This document shows positions 1 to 12,619 of a stretch of DNA of 64,000 nt, piece after piece; positions within the stretch are counted from its first letter, which is position 1, and every line of letters starts with the position of its first letter. The notes below the pieces were generated by a model. The model did not search any database. It was not told the DNA's origin and saw only the letters and a program-made list of their open reading frames with translations. Made by a program: the position numbers and the translations under genes. Source of the DNA: an uncultured delta proteobacterium (lineage in GTDB: Bacteria > Myxococcota > UBA727 > VGSZ01); the NCBI GenBank assembly GCA_963775425.1, contig CAVZJB010000002.1:95824-159823 (forward strand). The letters are read 5' to 3'.

Positions 1-1214
1 TTGCTCACGACGAGCTGGCGCGAGCCGTTGCGCGTGGTGGAGAACACCAGCATGCGGCCGTTGGGCGAAAACGAGGGCTCTTCGTTGCTGCCCTGGTCCT
101 GCGTCACGCGCTTGATCTGGTTGCTGCGCAGGTCGAGGACGAAGATGTCGAAGACGTTGCGCTCGTCGCGCGCGGTGAACGCGATGTGCGTGCCGCGCGG
201 CGAGTACGAGGGCGTCTGGTTGTAGGTGCCCTGGAACGTCAGGCGCTTGGGCTCACCACCCGTGGCGCTCATCAGGTAGAGCTGCGGGTTGCCGGCGCGC
301 GACGAGACGAACGCGATCTGCTTGCCGTCGGGGCTCCACGACGGCGACGTGTCGATGCCCCACGACGACGTCAACCGCTTGATGGGGGTGCCGCTGCGGT
401 CGAGCAGATACACCTCGGAGTTGCCGTCCTGCGAGAGCGTCAGCGCGATGCGCGAGCCGTCGGGAGACATGCGGCCGCCGGTGTTCAGGCCGGGCCGCGA
501 CGAGATGCGCTTCAGCGAGTGATCGCTGAGCGAGATCTCGAAGAGGTCCGGGTTGTCCATGCGGTACGACGTGAACAGCAGGCTGCGCCCGTCGGGCGAA
601 AACGACGGGAGCAGGTTGAGCCCGCCGCCGTGCGTGACCTGCGCGGCGCCGTGGCCGTCCATGTCCATCACGAAGACCTGCTTCTCGCCGCCCACCTTCT
701 GCACGTAGGCGATCTTGGTGCGGAACACGCCCGGCTCGCCGGTGAAGTAACGGAAGATCTCGTCGCTGATGGTGTGCGCGAGCAGCCTCACGTCTTCCTT
801 GGTGCCGCCCAGGCTCTTGGTGAGCCCCTCCTTGGCCGACGCCACCTCGAAGCCGTGCAGCTCCACGGTGAGCTTGCCGTCGTTCTTCACCTGGCCCTTC
901 ACCAACCCCGCCGCGCCGACGTTCAGCCAGTCGGGGAATTTCACCGTAGACTGCGTGATGCCGTCGGTGTCGATGAAGCTCTTGGGGTCGAGCACGTGGA
1001 ACGCCCCGCATAACGTGAGGTCGTCGCGCACGATCTTGGTGATCTCGGCGGCGACGGCCTTGTCCTTGGCGGCGCCGGCCGCGACGCGCAGCTCGGGCAC
1101 GGCGATGGGGAACGGGCGGAACTCGCCGCCTTCGACGTCACCGATGATCGGACCGCCCTGCGCGTGCACGGCACCGGACAAGAGGAGGGCGGCAAAAACG
1201 GAGAGACGGATCAT
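1..1214 (-). CDS. tolB: Tol-Pal beta-propeller protein TolB (3' end runs off the window)
   Basis: ATG at 1214 gives a signal peptide (MIRLSVFAALLLSGAVHA), then a TolB N-domain (FRPFPIAVP...IVRDDL..CGAFHVLDPKSF) and PD40-type repeats (SPSWSPDGKQIAFVSSRAGNPQLY). It follows tolA and has no stop inside the window. Confidence 0.93.
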   Translation of the reverse strand, partial: MIRLSVFAALLLSGAVHAQGGPIIGDVEGGEFRPFPIAVPELRVAAGAAKDKAVAAEITKIVRDDLTLCGAFHVLDPKSFIDTDGITQSTVKFPDWLNVGAAGLVKGQVKNDGKLTVELHGFEVASAKEGLTKSLGGTKEDVRLLAHTISDEIFRYFTGEPGVFRTKIAYVQKVGGEKQVFVMDMDGHGAAQVTHGGGLNLLPSFSPDGRSLLFTSYRMDNPDLFEISLSDHSLKRISSRPGLNTGGRMSPDGSRIALTLSQDGNSEVYLLDRSGTPIKRLTSSWGIDTSPSWSPDGKQIAFVSSRAGNPQLYLMSATGGEPKRLTFQGTYNQTPSYSPRGTHIAFTARDERNVFDIFVLDLRSNQIKRVTQDQGSNEEPSFSPNGRMLVFSTTRNGSRQLVVS

Positions 1215-1250
1215 GGGACCTCGATGCACGGCCGCGCGAGCGGTCGCGCG

Positions 1251-2033
1251 TCAATTACAACTGACGGGACAGAAATTGATGCCGACGCCGGCCTCGACGA
1301 GGTCGCGCACCGGGGGCGGCGGCGCCGGCACCGGGGAGCTGCGCTTGGCCGCGGTGATGACGTCGTTGTCGAAGATGCTGTTGCCCGACGACTTGGCGAT
1401 CTTGGCGTCGAGGACCTCGCCGTCGGCGCCGACCTTGATGCTGAGCGTGGCCTTCAAGCGGATGCGCTCTTCGTCGGTGATGGTGTTGCTCACTTCCATG
1501 TGCCTGCGGATGTGCGCGATGAGCGAGGTGAAGTAGGTCTTCTTGATCTCGCCGTCGAGGGCGGAGCCGTCCTTGTCGCCGTCCTTCTTGCCCTCGTCCG
1601 TGGCCTCGCCGATGCGATCCTTGATGATGTCGGTGACGCTCTTTTCTTCGTTCTTCTTCTCGAAGTCCTTGAGGATGTCGGCCGCGGTGGGCTTGTCCTT
1701 GGCGTCGGGCTTCTCCTGGTCGGGCTTCTTCTTTTCGTCCTGCGGCTTGGCCCGCTTGTGCTTGGGCGGCGGCGGCGGCGCGGCGTCGATGCGCGGGAGC
1801 CAATCGGGCGGTCGTTCTTTGCCGAGCTTGACCAGGCGCGTCTTCACGATGGCCTGGTCGAGGTCGACCGCGGGCTTGGCGCGCGAGGGCGCGAAGATCC
1901 AGCCGGCGACCAGGCCGATGTGCAGGCCCAGGCTCAGCCCGCAAAACACCAGGAGCAGCCGCCGCTGGCGCGCGCGCCGGCTCTCCAGGGAGGCGACGCT
2001 CGTCGGGGGCAGGGTGCCCGGGACCTCACTCAC
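1251..2033 (-). CDS. tolA: TolA/TonB-family energy transducer
   Basis: GTG start overlaps the tolR stop (GTGA). It has a TM helix with the SxxxH motif (SLGLHIGL), a Pro/Lys-rich linker and a TonB_2-like C-domain (KSSGNSIFDNDVITAAKRSSPVPAPP). It lies between tolR and tolB. Confidence 0.85.
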   Translation of the reverse strand: MSEVPGTLPPTSVASLESRRARQRRLLLVFCGLSLGLHIGLVAGWIFAPSRAKPAVDLDQAIVKTRLVKLGKERPPDWLPRIDAAPPPPPKHKRAKPQDEKKKPDQEKPDAKDKPTAADILKDFEKKNEEKSVTDIIKDRIGEATDEGKKDGDKDGSALDGEIKKTYFTSLIAHIRRHMEVSNTITDEERIRLKATLSIKVGADGEVLDAKIAKSSGNSIFDNDVITAAKRSSPVPAPPPPVRDLVEAGVGINFCPVSCN

Positions 2034-2458
2034 TTCTTGGGCTCCGGCGACTTCTCCGGGTCCGTGACCATCGCCAGCGTCTCGGCGCCGCCGGCCTTGG
2101 CCGCGGCCATCACCTTCACCACGAGGCCGTAGGGGAGTGTCTGATCGGCGTGCAGATACAGCTCCTTGTCGCGCTTCAGCTTCTCGTTGGCCGACAGGAG
2201 CTCCGTGATCCTGTCGATGGGGACCTCGGTCTTGCCGATGTACGCCTTCCCGTCCTTGGTGAGGGTGAGAACGATCCGCTCCTCGGTTGAGGTCTTCATC
2301 GGCTCGGCGTTGGCGTCGGGCAGATCCACCTTCACGCCCTGCTGCAAGAGCGGCGCCGTCACCATGAAGATGACGAGCAGCACGAGCATGACGTCGACCA
2401 TGGGCGTCACGTTGATTTCGGCCATGGGGCCGCCGGTGGGCCGCGAAGAGAAAGCCAT
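2030..2458 (-). CDS. tolR: TolR/ExbD biopolymer transport protein
   Basis: Signature EINVTPMVDVMLVLLVIFMVTAP and ADQTLPYGLVVKVM. Confidence 0.93.
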   Translation of the reverse strand: MAFSSRPTGGPMAEINVTPMVDVMLVLLVIFMVTAPLLQQGVKVDLPDANAEPMKTSTEERIVLTLTKDGKAYIGKTEVPIDRITELLSANEKLKRDKELYLHADQTLPYGLVVKVMAAAKAGGAETLAMVTDPEKSPEPKK

Positions 2459-2520
2459 GGCGTCCGTTGTTAGCGAAGGCGGGATCGAATGTCACGCCGC
2501 ACCGGTGCTACAACGACCGG

Positions 2521-3195
2521 GTGCGCCAGGTGCTCCTCGCCGCGCTCGCCGTCGGTGTCGTGGTGGGAATCCTCGGCTGCGCCCCCGCGTTCGAAGAAGG
2601 GGACGACTGCCAAAACGGCTTCGACGACGACGGCGACGGGTTCATCGACTGCGACGACCCGGACTGCAAGCTCACGCCGGCGTGCGGTTTGTGCGGCAAC
2701 GGCAAGGTCGACTCCGCCGAGACCTGCGACGACGGCAACCGCGTGGACGGCGACGGCTGCTCCTCGCGCTGCACCCTCGAGCTGTGCGCCAACGGCCACC
2801 TCGATCCCGGCGAGGAGTGCGACGACGGCAACCTCATCCCCGGCGACGGCTGCTCCGCCGCCTGCACCATCGACACCTGCGGCGACCGCGTGCTGCAACG
2901 GGACACCGAGCAATGCGAGGACGGCAACCACAACGACGGCGACGGCTGCTCGTCGAGCTGTCGCGCCGAGCCCATCCCCGGCTGCGGCAACGGCGTCCTC
3001 GACTTCGACCCGCAGACGGGCATCCCCACCGAGGACTGCGACGACGGCAACAACACGAGCGGCGACGGCTGCTCGTCGGCCTGCAGGTTCGAAGGCTGCG
3101 GCGACGGCATCGTCGAGCCCACGCTCAACGAGCAGTGCGACGACGCCGACCCGTTCGCGCCCGCGGGCTGCCAGTTCTGCCAGCTCGCGCCCTGA
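2521..3195 (+). CDS. Lipoprotein with myxobacterial Cys-rich repeats (DUF4215/myxo_disulf_rpt-like)
   Basis: Lipobox ILGC and repeated CGNG..D.GE.CDDGN...GDGCS..C units. Confidence 0.85.
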   Translation: MRQVLLAALAVGVVVGILGCAPAFEEGDDCQNGFDDDGDGFIDCDDPDCKLTPACGLCGNGKVDSAETCDDGNRVDGDGCSSRCTLELCANGHLDPGEECDDGNLIPGDGCSAACTIDTCGDRVLQRDTEQCEDGNHNDGDGCSSSCRAEPIPGCGNGVLDFDPQTGIPTEDCDDGNNTSGDGCSSACRFEGCGDGIVEPTLNEQCDDADPFAPAGCQFCQLAP

Positions 3196-3222
3196 TGAGC
3201 GCGGCCCCTCCCCGGTGTCCGT

Positions 3223-4797
3223 TCAGGGCGACGCCTCGCCGAACCACACGCCCGGGCCGGTCGCGGCGGCCCGCGGCCGGCGCCGTGGCAGCACCAGGGA
3301 GAACGAGGCGCCGCCGTGCTCGCGCGCCTCGTACGCGAGCCGGCCGCCGTGGCGTCGGGCGACGGCGGCGGCGACGAACAGGCCGAGCCCCAACCCGCCG
3401 CCGGGGAGCGCCGCGCGCGCGAGGTTGAAGCGCTCGAAGAGGTCCGCGGTGCGGTGGCCGGGCACGCCGGGGCCTCGGTCGGAGACGCGGACGACGTCTG
3501 CGTCGTCGCTGTCGAGGAGCTCGACGTCGATGACGCCGGCGCCGTGCACGACGGCGTTGTCGACGAGCTCCTCGACGGCCTGTTGGATGAGCGCGCGGTC
3601 GCCGGAGATCGGCGGCGCGCCGCCGGCGACGTTGATGGTCCGGCCCGAGCGATGCCGCTGCGTCACCGCGGCGACGGCGTCGACGACGGCGTCTCCGACG
3701 TCGATGGTCTCGAAGCGCAGCTCGTGCTCGGACTGCAAGGCGGCGGCGGCGAGGAAGTGATCGACGAGGTCCGAGAGGCGCTCCACCTGACGTGCGACGT
3801 TGCGCGCGGCGGGGGCCTCGCGCTCCTCGTTGTGGAGCCGCCGCAGCAGCGAGTGCACCGAGAGCCGCAGCGCCGTCACCGGTGTGCGCAGCGCGTGCGA
3901 GGCGATCTCGATGACGGCGGTCTTGTACGCCTCGACCTCGCGGTCGCCTGTGACGTCCTGAAAGACGGTCACCGAGCGCTCCGACAGCGGACGTGAGCGA
4001 ACGATGTACGTGGTCACCGTGCCCGGCCGCTGGATGGAGATCTCGGTGGCGTCGACGGGCTCGCCGGCGAGCCCGCGGTCGATGGGGCTGTCCGCCGGGC
4101 CGAGGGGCTTGCCCTCGCGATCGAGCAGCGCGCGCAGGCCGTTGGCCGCCTCGTTGTCGGCGAGCACGACGCGGGCGAAGCGGTTGGCCAGCTCCGGCAC
4201 CTCGCCGGGCACCCCGACGAGCACGCCGACCGGGAGCTCCTCGAGGACCTCCTCCATGAAGCGCCGCTGCTCGGCGATCCTCTCCTGGCGGCGCGCGTTT
4301 TCGATCGCGAGCGCGAGGGTGGCGGCGAACCAGTCGACGAGCGCGCGGTCGTCGTCTTCATAGTGGGCGGGGGCGTCGTGGTAGAGCGTCAGCGCGCCGA
4401 CGACCTCGCCCGCGTAGACGAGCGGGACCAGCGCGATGCCGTGGAAGCCCTCGTGCCGCGCGGCCGCGCGCAGCCAGGTGTCCGGCTGCGCGTCGTCCTC
4501 GATGTCGTCGATGACGATGGTGTGCTTCGTGGCCTCGGCCAGGCCGCCCGGTCCGCGGCGGTAGTCGGCGACGACGGACTCGAGGTAGCGGCGGCTGAGG
4601 CCGTGCGCGGCGACCGGCCGGATGGGCGGCCCGCGAAACGCCGCGCAGCGATCGGCGTGGACGGCGGTGGCGAGCAGGGAGACGGCGGCGTCGAGGAGCG
4701 GGTCGATGGGCATGCCGGACGTGACGACGCCGGCGAGGTCCTCCATGGCGCGTTGGCGGCGCTGCGAGCGCTCGGGGGACGTCGGAGCGCGGGGCAC
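3223..4797 (-). CDS. GAF/PAS sensor histidine kinase
   Basis: GGAGG RBS before GTG 4797. GAF (LVPLVYAGEVVGALTL...ALAIENAR), H-box (SHALRTPV), N/G boxes (ELVDNAVVH, DRGPGV, GLGLGL). Confidence 0.9.
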   Translation of the reverse strand: MPRAPTSPERSQRRQRAMEDLAGVVTSGMPIDPLLDAAVSLLATAVHADRCAAFRGPPIRPVAAHGLSRRYLESVVADYRRGPGGLAEATKHTIVIDDIEDDAQPDTWLRAAARHEGFHGIALVPLVYAGEVVGALTLYHDAPAHYEDDDRALVDWFAATLALAIENARRQERIAEQRRFMEEVLEELPVGVLVGVPGEVPELANRFARVVLADNEAANGLRALLDREGKPLGPADSPIDRGLAGEPVDATEISIQRPGTVTTYIVRSRPLSERSVTVFQDVTGDREVEAYKTAVIEIASHALRTPVTALRLSVHSLLRRLHNEEREAPAARNVARQVERLSDLVDHFLAAAALQSEHELRFETIDVGDAVVDAVAAVTQRHRSGRTINVAGGAPPISGDRALIQQAVEELVDNAVVHGAGVIDVELLDSDDADVVRVSDRGPGVPGHRTADLFERFNLARAALPGGGLGLGLFVAAAVARRHGGRLAYEAREHGGASFSLVLPRRRPRAAATGPGVWFGEASP

Positions 4798-4850
4798 GAA
4801 GACTCCTCCCTCGGGCCTAGCGATGCCGAGGAGACGAGCCCAGCGGATCG

Positions 4851-7073
<2,223 letters not shown>

Positions 7074-7208
7074 AGCTGCCACCGCCCCTGCGTTGCACGA
7101 TCCGCGGGCGAGTGCCAGATGTTCCGCGCCTGCCGGCGGCCGTCGCGCTCGCCTGTTCGTCGTCGTCGACGGCGCCGCCGCGCCCGCGCCCGCGGGACGC
7201 GAAGCCCG

Positions 7209-7256
7209 GGGCCGGGTCTCTCCGACGCGGGGGACAAGCCCCCGCCCGACGGGTCG
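7209..7256 (-). repeat. REP-like palindromic extragenic repeat (copy A)
   Basis: Matches 20891-20938 at 44 of 48 nt. The minus strand reads GTCG-GGCGGGGGCTTGTCCCCCGC (hairpin). It lies between dnaX and the divergent gene. Confidence 0.75.
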
Positions 7257-7329
7257 GCGCCTCACCCGGCGCCGGTGGCCGGGGTGCCGCCGTCGTGCGA
7301 GCCTGCGCGCGCCCAACCGGGGGACCAAG

Positions 7330-10300
7330 ATGCGCACGTTCCAATCCGCCGCCCGCTCCTCCGTCGCCGCCGCCGCGCTCGCGCTCCTCGCCGGCGCGTC
7401 CGCGGCGAGGGCCGCGGACCTCGACACGACCGGCGTGCCCGACGCGCTCAAGCCGTGGATCCCGTGGGTGCTCCACGGCAGCGAGCGCGATCGCTGCCCC
7501 GAGCGCACCGACGGCGCGCGCGTGTGCGAGAGCCCCGGGCGCCTCGAGCTCGTCGTCGAAAAGACCGGCGGCTCCTTCACCCAGTCCTGGCGCGTCGACG
7601 CCAAGGCGCTCGTGCACCTGCCCGGCGGTCAGAAGCACTGGCCCCTCGACGTCGACGTCGACGGCCACCCCGCGGTCGTCGTCGAGCAGGGCGGCGTCCC
7701 CACGGTGGAGCTGCCGCAGGGCGAGCACGCCGTGCGCGGGCGCTTCTCGTGGGACGCCGAGCCCGAGTCCGTCGTCATCCCCGCGGCCACCGCGGCGGTG
7801 CGCCTCGTCGTCGACGGCAAGGACGTCCCCTTCGTCGACCGCGGCGACGCAGGCGACCGCGTGTGGCTCAAGCGCGACAGCGGCGGCGAGGCCCGCGAGG
7901 AGGACCGCCTCGACGTCACCGTGTTCCGCAAGGTCACCGACGGCGTACCGCTGCTCGTCGAGACCCAGGTGCTCCTCGAGGTGAGCGGCAAGGGCCGCGA
8001 GGTGGTGCTGCCCGGCGTCCTCCTCGACGGCTTCGAGCCGCTCTCGCTGGACAGCGAGCTGCCCGCGCGCCTCGACGGCGCCGCGCTCAAGGTGCAGGTG
8101 CGCCCCGGCCGCCACCTCGTCGACGTCGTCGCCCGCCGCGCCGTCGACGACCGCGCGCTCGTCGCGCCCGCGAAGATGAACGGCGACGAGGAGGTCTGGG
8201 TGTTCCAGGCCGACCACGCCGTGCGCGTCGCCAACGTCACCGGCGTCCCGTCCATCGTCGCCGAGCAGACCCGCCTGCCCGCCGCGTGGCGCGCGCTCCC
8301 CGCGTACCGCGTGCTCCCCGGCGAGAAGGTCACCCTCGAGCAGCAGCGCCGCGGCGACGAGAGCCCGCCGCCGTCGCAGCTCGTGCTGCGGCGCACGCTC
8401 TGGCTCGACTTCGACGGCGGCGGCTACACCGTCCACGACGAGCTCGGCGGGCGCTTCACCGGCGACCGCCTCGTGATGGGCAAGGGCACCACCCTCGGCC
8501 GCGCCTCCACCGGCGACGGCCCCGGCGACGCGTTCATCACCACCACGGCGAGCAAGGGGGAGAGCGGCGTCGAGGTGCGCTCGCCGAACCTGCGCGTGAG
8601 CGCCGACAGCCGCATCGAGGGCGGCGGCTCGTTCCCGGCGGTGTCGTGGGCCCACGACTTCCAGAGCGTCACCGAGCTGTTGCACCTGCCGCCCGGCTTT
8701 CGCCTGTTGCACGCCTCGGGCGTCGACGAGGTCGACAGCACCTGGGTGCGCTCGTGGACGCTGTTCGAGCTGTTCCTCGTCGTCGTCATCACGCTGGCCA
8801 TGGCGCGGCTGTGGGGGCCGCTCGTCGGCGGCGCGTCGCTCGTCACGCTGGTGTTGACCTTCCAGGAGCCGGGCGCGCCGCGCTGGCTGTGGGTGGCGGT
8901 GGTGGCGCTGGCGGCGCTGCACAAGGTGTTGCCGCCGTCGTGGGAGACGCGGGCGGTGGCGCGCGTCCTGAAGCTCCTGCGCCTCGGCGTGGCCATCACG
9001 GTGGCGTGCGTGGCGGTGGCGTTCGCGGTGCAGGAGGTGCGCGTGGGCATGTACCCCGTGCTCGCGCAGGAGTACCGCGCCGTCGGCGACGGCAGCACCG
9101 GCTATGGTGACGTCGGCGGCGCCGGCAACGGCATCCTCACGCTCACGCCGCAGGCGGAGCCGCCGCCTCCGCCGCCTCCGCCGCCTCCGCCGCCGAACCA
9201 GATGAACCAGATGAACGCGCCGGCGATGCCCAAGGGCGGCGCGGTCGACAACGACGGCAAGGACAACGCGTCGCCCGTCGAGGACGAGCTGCAGATCCAG
9301 GGCGATGGCGGCGGCGGCGGCGGCGGCCTGCGCGCGGGCTGGCTCTCGAGCGCCGACGACACGCGCGGCTCGTCGGCGTACGCGCAGAAGGTCATCCTGA
9401 AGAAGCAGAAGCTGCAGCAGATCGACCCGAACGCGGTGGTGCAGACGGGGCCGGGCCTGCCGCAGTGGGACTTCCAGTCGGTGCACCTGCGCTTCACCGG
9501 GCCCGTCACCAAGGACCAGCGCATCTCGCTCTTGCTCCTCGGCCCGCGCGTGAACCTCGCGCTCGCGTTCCTGCGCGTGTTGCTCGTGGCGTTCCTCGTC
9601 GTCGTCGCGTTCGGCTTCCCCGGCCGGAGCTGGCCCGGCGCCATCCTCAGGGCGTTTCGCGGCAAGGGCGCGCTGTTCGGCGCCGGCGGCGCGGCGCTCC
9701 TCGTCGCTGCGCTCGGCAGCGCGCCGGCGCACGCGCAGGGGGCGCAAGCGACGCCGCCCGCCGCCGTCCTCACGGACCTCAAGGCGCGGCTCCTCGAGGC
9801 GCCCACCTGCGCGCCCGGCTGCGGCTCCATCGCCCGCGTCGCGCTCGAGGCCGACGACGTCCGGCTGCGGCTGCGCGCCGAGGTGCACGCGCAAGCCGCC
9901 GTGGTGGTGCCGCTGCCGGGCGGGGACAAGCAGTGGAGCGCGGCCACCGTCGTCGTCGACGGCAGGCCCGCCGCGGGCGTGTCGCGCGACCAGGGCGCTT
10001 TGTGGGTGGTGCTGTCGCCCGGCCGCCACGACGTCGTCCTCGAGGGGCCGCTGCCCGGGCGCGACACCGTGCAGCTCGCGTTTCCCTCTCGTGCCGCACC
10101 ACGCGACGTTCTCGTCGTCGACGTGGACCCTCGACGGCGTCCACGAAGACGGCGTCCCGGACGCCAACCTTCAGCTCTCCCGCCGCGCGAAGGCGCCCGT
10201 GGGGGGCGCCGCGGCGGACCTCGCGGGGGAGGCGCCCGTGTTGCCGCCGTTCCTCTCCGTGGAGCGCTCGCTGCTCCTCGGGCTCTCCTACGAGGTGGAG

Positions 10301-11674
10301 ACGCGGGTGTCGCGGCTGTCGCCGCCGGGGACGGCGGTGGTGCTCGAGGTGCCGCTCCTGCCGGGGGAGAACGTCACCACCGAGGGCGTGCGCGTGCAGG
10401 GCAAGAAGGCGCTCGTGTCGCTCGGGCCGAACGACGTCGAGGCCACGTGGTCGAGCGTGCTCGCGCCCACCGACGCCATCGACCTCGTCGCCGCCAAGGA
10501 CGCGCCCTTCGTCGAGGTGTGGAGCCTGCAGGCGAGCCCGGTGTGGCACGTGGAGGAGGCGGGCATCCCCCCGCTCCACGACGAGACGCCGCGCGAGGGC
10601 GGCGCGCGCGCGTGGCGGCCGTGGCCGGGCGAGAAGCTGTCTTTGAAGGTGACGCGGCCGGCGGGCGTGCCGGGGCAGACGGTGACCATCGAGCGCACGT
10701 CGCAGACGGTGGCGCCGGGGCTGCGCTCCACGGACGTGACGCTCACCGTGGACATGCGCGCCTCGCGCGGCGGCGAGCACGTCGTCGCGCTGCCGGCGGG
10801 CGCGGAGCTCCTGAGCGCGACGGTGAACGGCGCGCAGCAGCCGCTGCGGCCGGCGGACGGGAAGGTGACCGTGCCGCTCGTGCCCGGGAAGCAGCGGGTG
10901 GTGTTGTCCGTGCGGGTGCCGACGGGGGTGTCGCTCTTGTTCCACACGCCGCGCTTCGACCTCGGGCAGAAGACGGTGAACGCCGAGATCCTGGTCTCCG
11001 TGCCGCAGGACCGCTGGATCCTGTTCGCGACGGGGCCGCGGGCCGGGCCGGCGGTGTTGTTCTGGAGCTTCATCGTCATCCTCATCCTCACGGGCATCGG
11101 GCTGTCGCGCGTGCCGTTTTCGACGCTGAAGACGCACCAGTGGGTGCTGCTCGGGCTGGGGCTGACGCAGGTGCCGCTCGTCGTCGCCGCGCTGGTCGCG
11201 GGGTGGTTGCTGGCGCTCGGTTGGCGGCGGCGGCAGGTGGACCTGCACCCGGTGCTGTTCGACCTGCGCCAGATCGGCCTGGCGCTGTGGACGCTGGCGG
11301 CGCTCGTGGGGCTGGTGGCGTCCATCCACGAGGGCCTGCTCGGCGCGCCGGACATGCAGATCGCGGGCAACGGATCGTCGGCGTCTCACCTGCGCTGGTT
11401 CGCGGACCACACCGAGGCGCTGTTGCCGTCGGCGACGGTGCTCACGGCGCCGATGCTCGCCTACCGCATCGCGATGCTCGCGTGGGCGCTGTGGCTGGCG
11501 TTCTCGCTCTTGCGCTGGCTACGCACGGGCTGGGCGGCGTTTTGCGAGGGCGGCCTGTGGCGCGCGATCCCGAAGGCGCGGCCGAAGCCCCCGCCGGCCG
11601 CCGCGAAGCTGCCCGAGGCGCCTCCGGGCGCGCCCACGAGCGCGGCGGTGCCCTCGGCGACGCCCAAGGAGTGA
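7330..11674 (+). CDS. Large (~1447 aa) exported/multi-TM hypothetical protein with one apparent +1 frameshift at ~10081-10090
   Basis: Signal peptide MRTFQSAARSSVAAAALALLAGASAARA and several TM clusters. Sensible sequence switches frame at gcg tttccctctc gtgccg (…LAFP|LVPHHATF…). Total length is 3n+1. Confidence 0.75.
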
Positions 11675-11751
11675 GCGCAAACCCGGGACTTCCCAGGCCG
11701 CGCCGGCTCTGCTACCCGAGCCTCGTCCTTCACCCTCGACGGGAGTCGACG

Positions 11752-11961
11752 ATGGCTGTCTGCGCGATCACCGGTAAGCGTTGGATGAACGGGAGCAAGG
11801 TCTCCCACTCCAACATCAAGTCCCCCAAGCGCTCCCACGCCAACATCCAGAGCAAGCGGGTGTTCGACGTCGAGAGCGGCCGCTGGGTGCGCGTCAAGAT
11901 CTCGGCGCGCGGCCTCAAGGTCCTCAACAAGAAGTCCCTTCGCGAAGCCCTGCTGGGCTGA
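11752..11961 (+). CDS. rpmB: 50S ribosomal protein L28
   Basis: MAVCAITGKRWMNGSKVSHSNIKSPKRSHANIQSKRV...VKISARGLK, with a GGGAG RBS upstream. Confidence 0.95.
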   Translation: MAVCAITGKRWMNGSKVSHSNIKSPKRSHANIQSKRVFDVESGRWVRVKISARGLKVLNKKSLREALLG

Positions 11962-12222
11962 CCCCGAGAGGTACGGGCCGCGCCGCCTGGTCCGGCGACG
12001 AGGCCCTTCCCCCTCCGGGCGCCCAGGTTCTCTTCGCGCCGAGAGGGGGCGGCGCAAGCAACGCCGCCGCCGTCCCCGCCGGCGGCGCTCCTTCCACGAA
12101 GCACCTCGCCGCGCACGCCTTGGGGACTCCGGCTCTCCTCGCTCTGTGCCACGCGACGTTCGCGGGCCCACGACATTCGTGGGCGGCACGAATTCGTGGC
12201 GCACGCGGCGGCGCGGGTACGG

Positions 12223-12528
12223 CTAGAAGCCGAGCTCTTTCTTGCGGTCTTCGGCCGTGGGCAGCGGCGTGCCCTTGGAGGAGATCACGGGCAGGCCCGC
12301 GGCGCGCTCCGCGTTGACCGCCACCCACTCCGTCTCCTTGGCGGGCACCTGGCGATCCTCGTAGATCGCGTGCACCGGGCACTGCGGCTCGCAGGCGCCG
12401 CAGTCGATGCAGGCGTCGGGATCGATGTAGAGCATCTCGTCGTCGCCGTGGAAGCAGTCGACGGGGCAGACGGTGACGCAGTCGGTGAAACGGCACTTCT
12501 GGCAGTTGGACGTGACGACGTAGGGCAT
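12223..12528 (-). CDS. fdxA: 7Fe-type (3Fe-4S/4Fe-4S) ferredoxin, FdxA family
   Basis: MPYVVTSNCQKCRFTDCVTVCPVDCF...YIDPDACIDCGACEPQCPV. Confidence 0.92.
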   Translation of the reverse strand: MPYVVTSNCQKCRFTDCVTVCPVDCFHGDDEMLYIDPDACIDCGACEPQCPVHAIYEDRQVPAKETEWVAVNAERAAGLPVISSKGTPLPTAEDRKKELGF

Positions 12529-12619
12529 GCGCCCCCCATAGCGACAACGACGCGGAAAACGCAAGTGCCGAGGGGGCGCCCTGCACCGCCAAAACGAAGG
12601 GCGGGTGGTAATAAGCCTC

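Noticed and set aside
7093-11961. Apparent 1622-aa fusion of a membrane protein to ribosomal protein L28
   Set aside because: This is a by-product of the frameshift at ~10085. The intervening translation is low-complexity, and rpmB has its own RBS and ATG.
12160-12210. Overlapping palindromes (gcccacga…tcgtgggc, cacgaattcgtg) between rpmB and the ferredoxin gene
   Set aside because: Single occurrence with no clear match to the REP family. It may be just a terminator-like hairpin between convergent genes.
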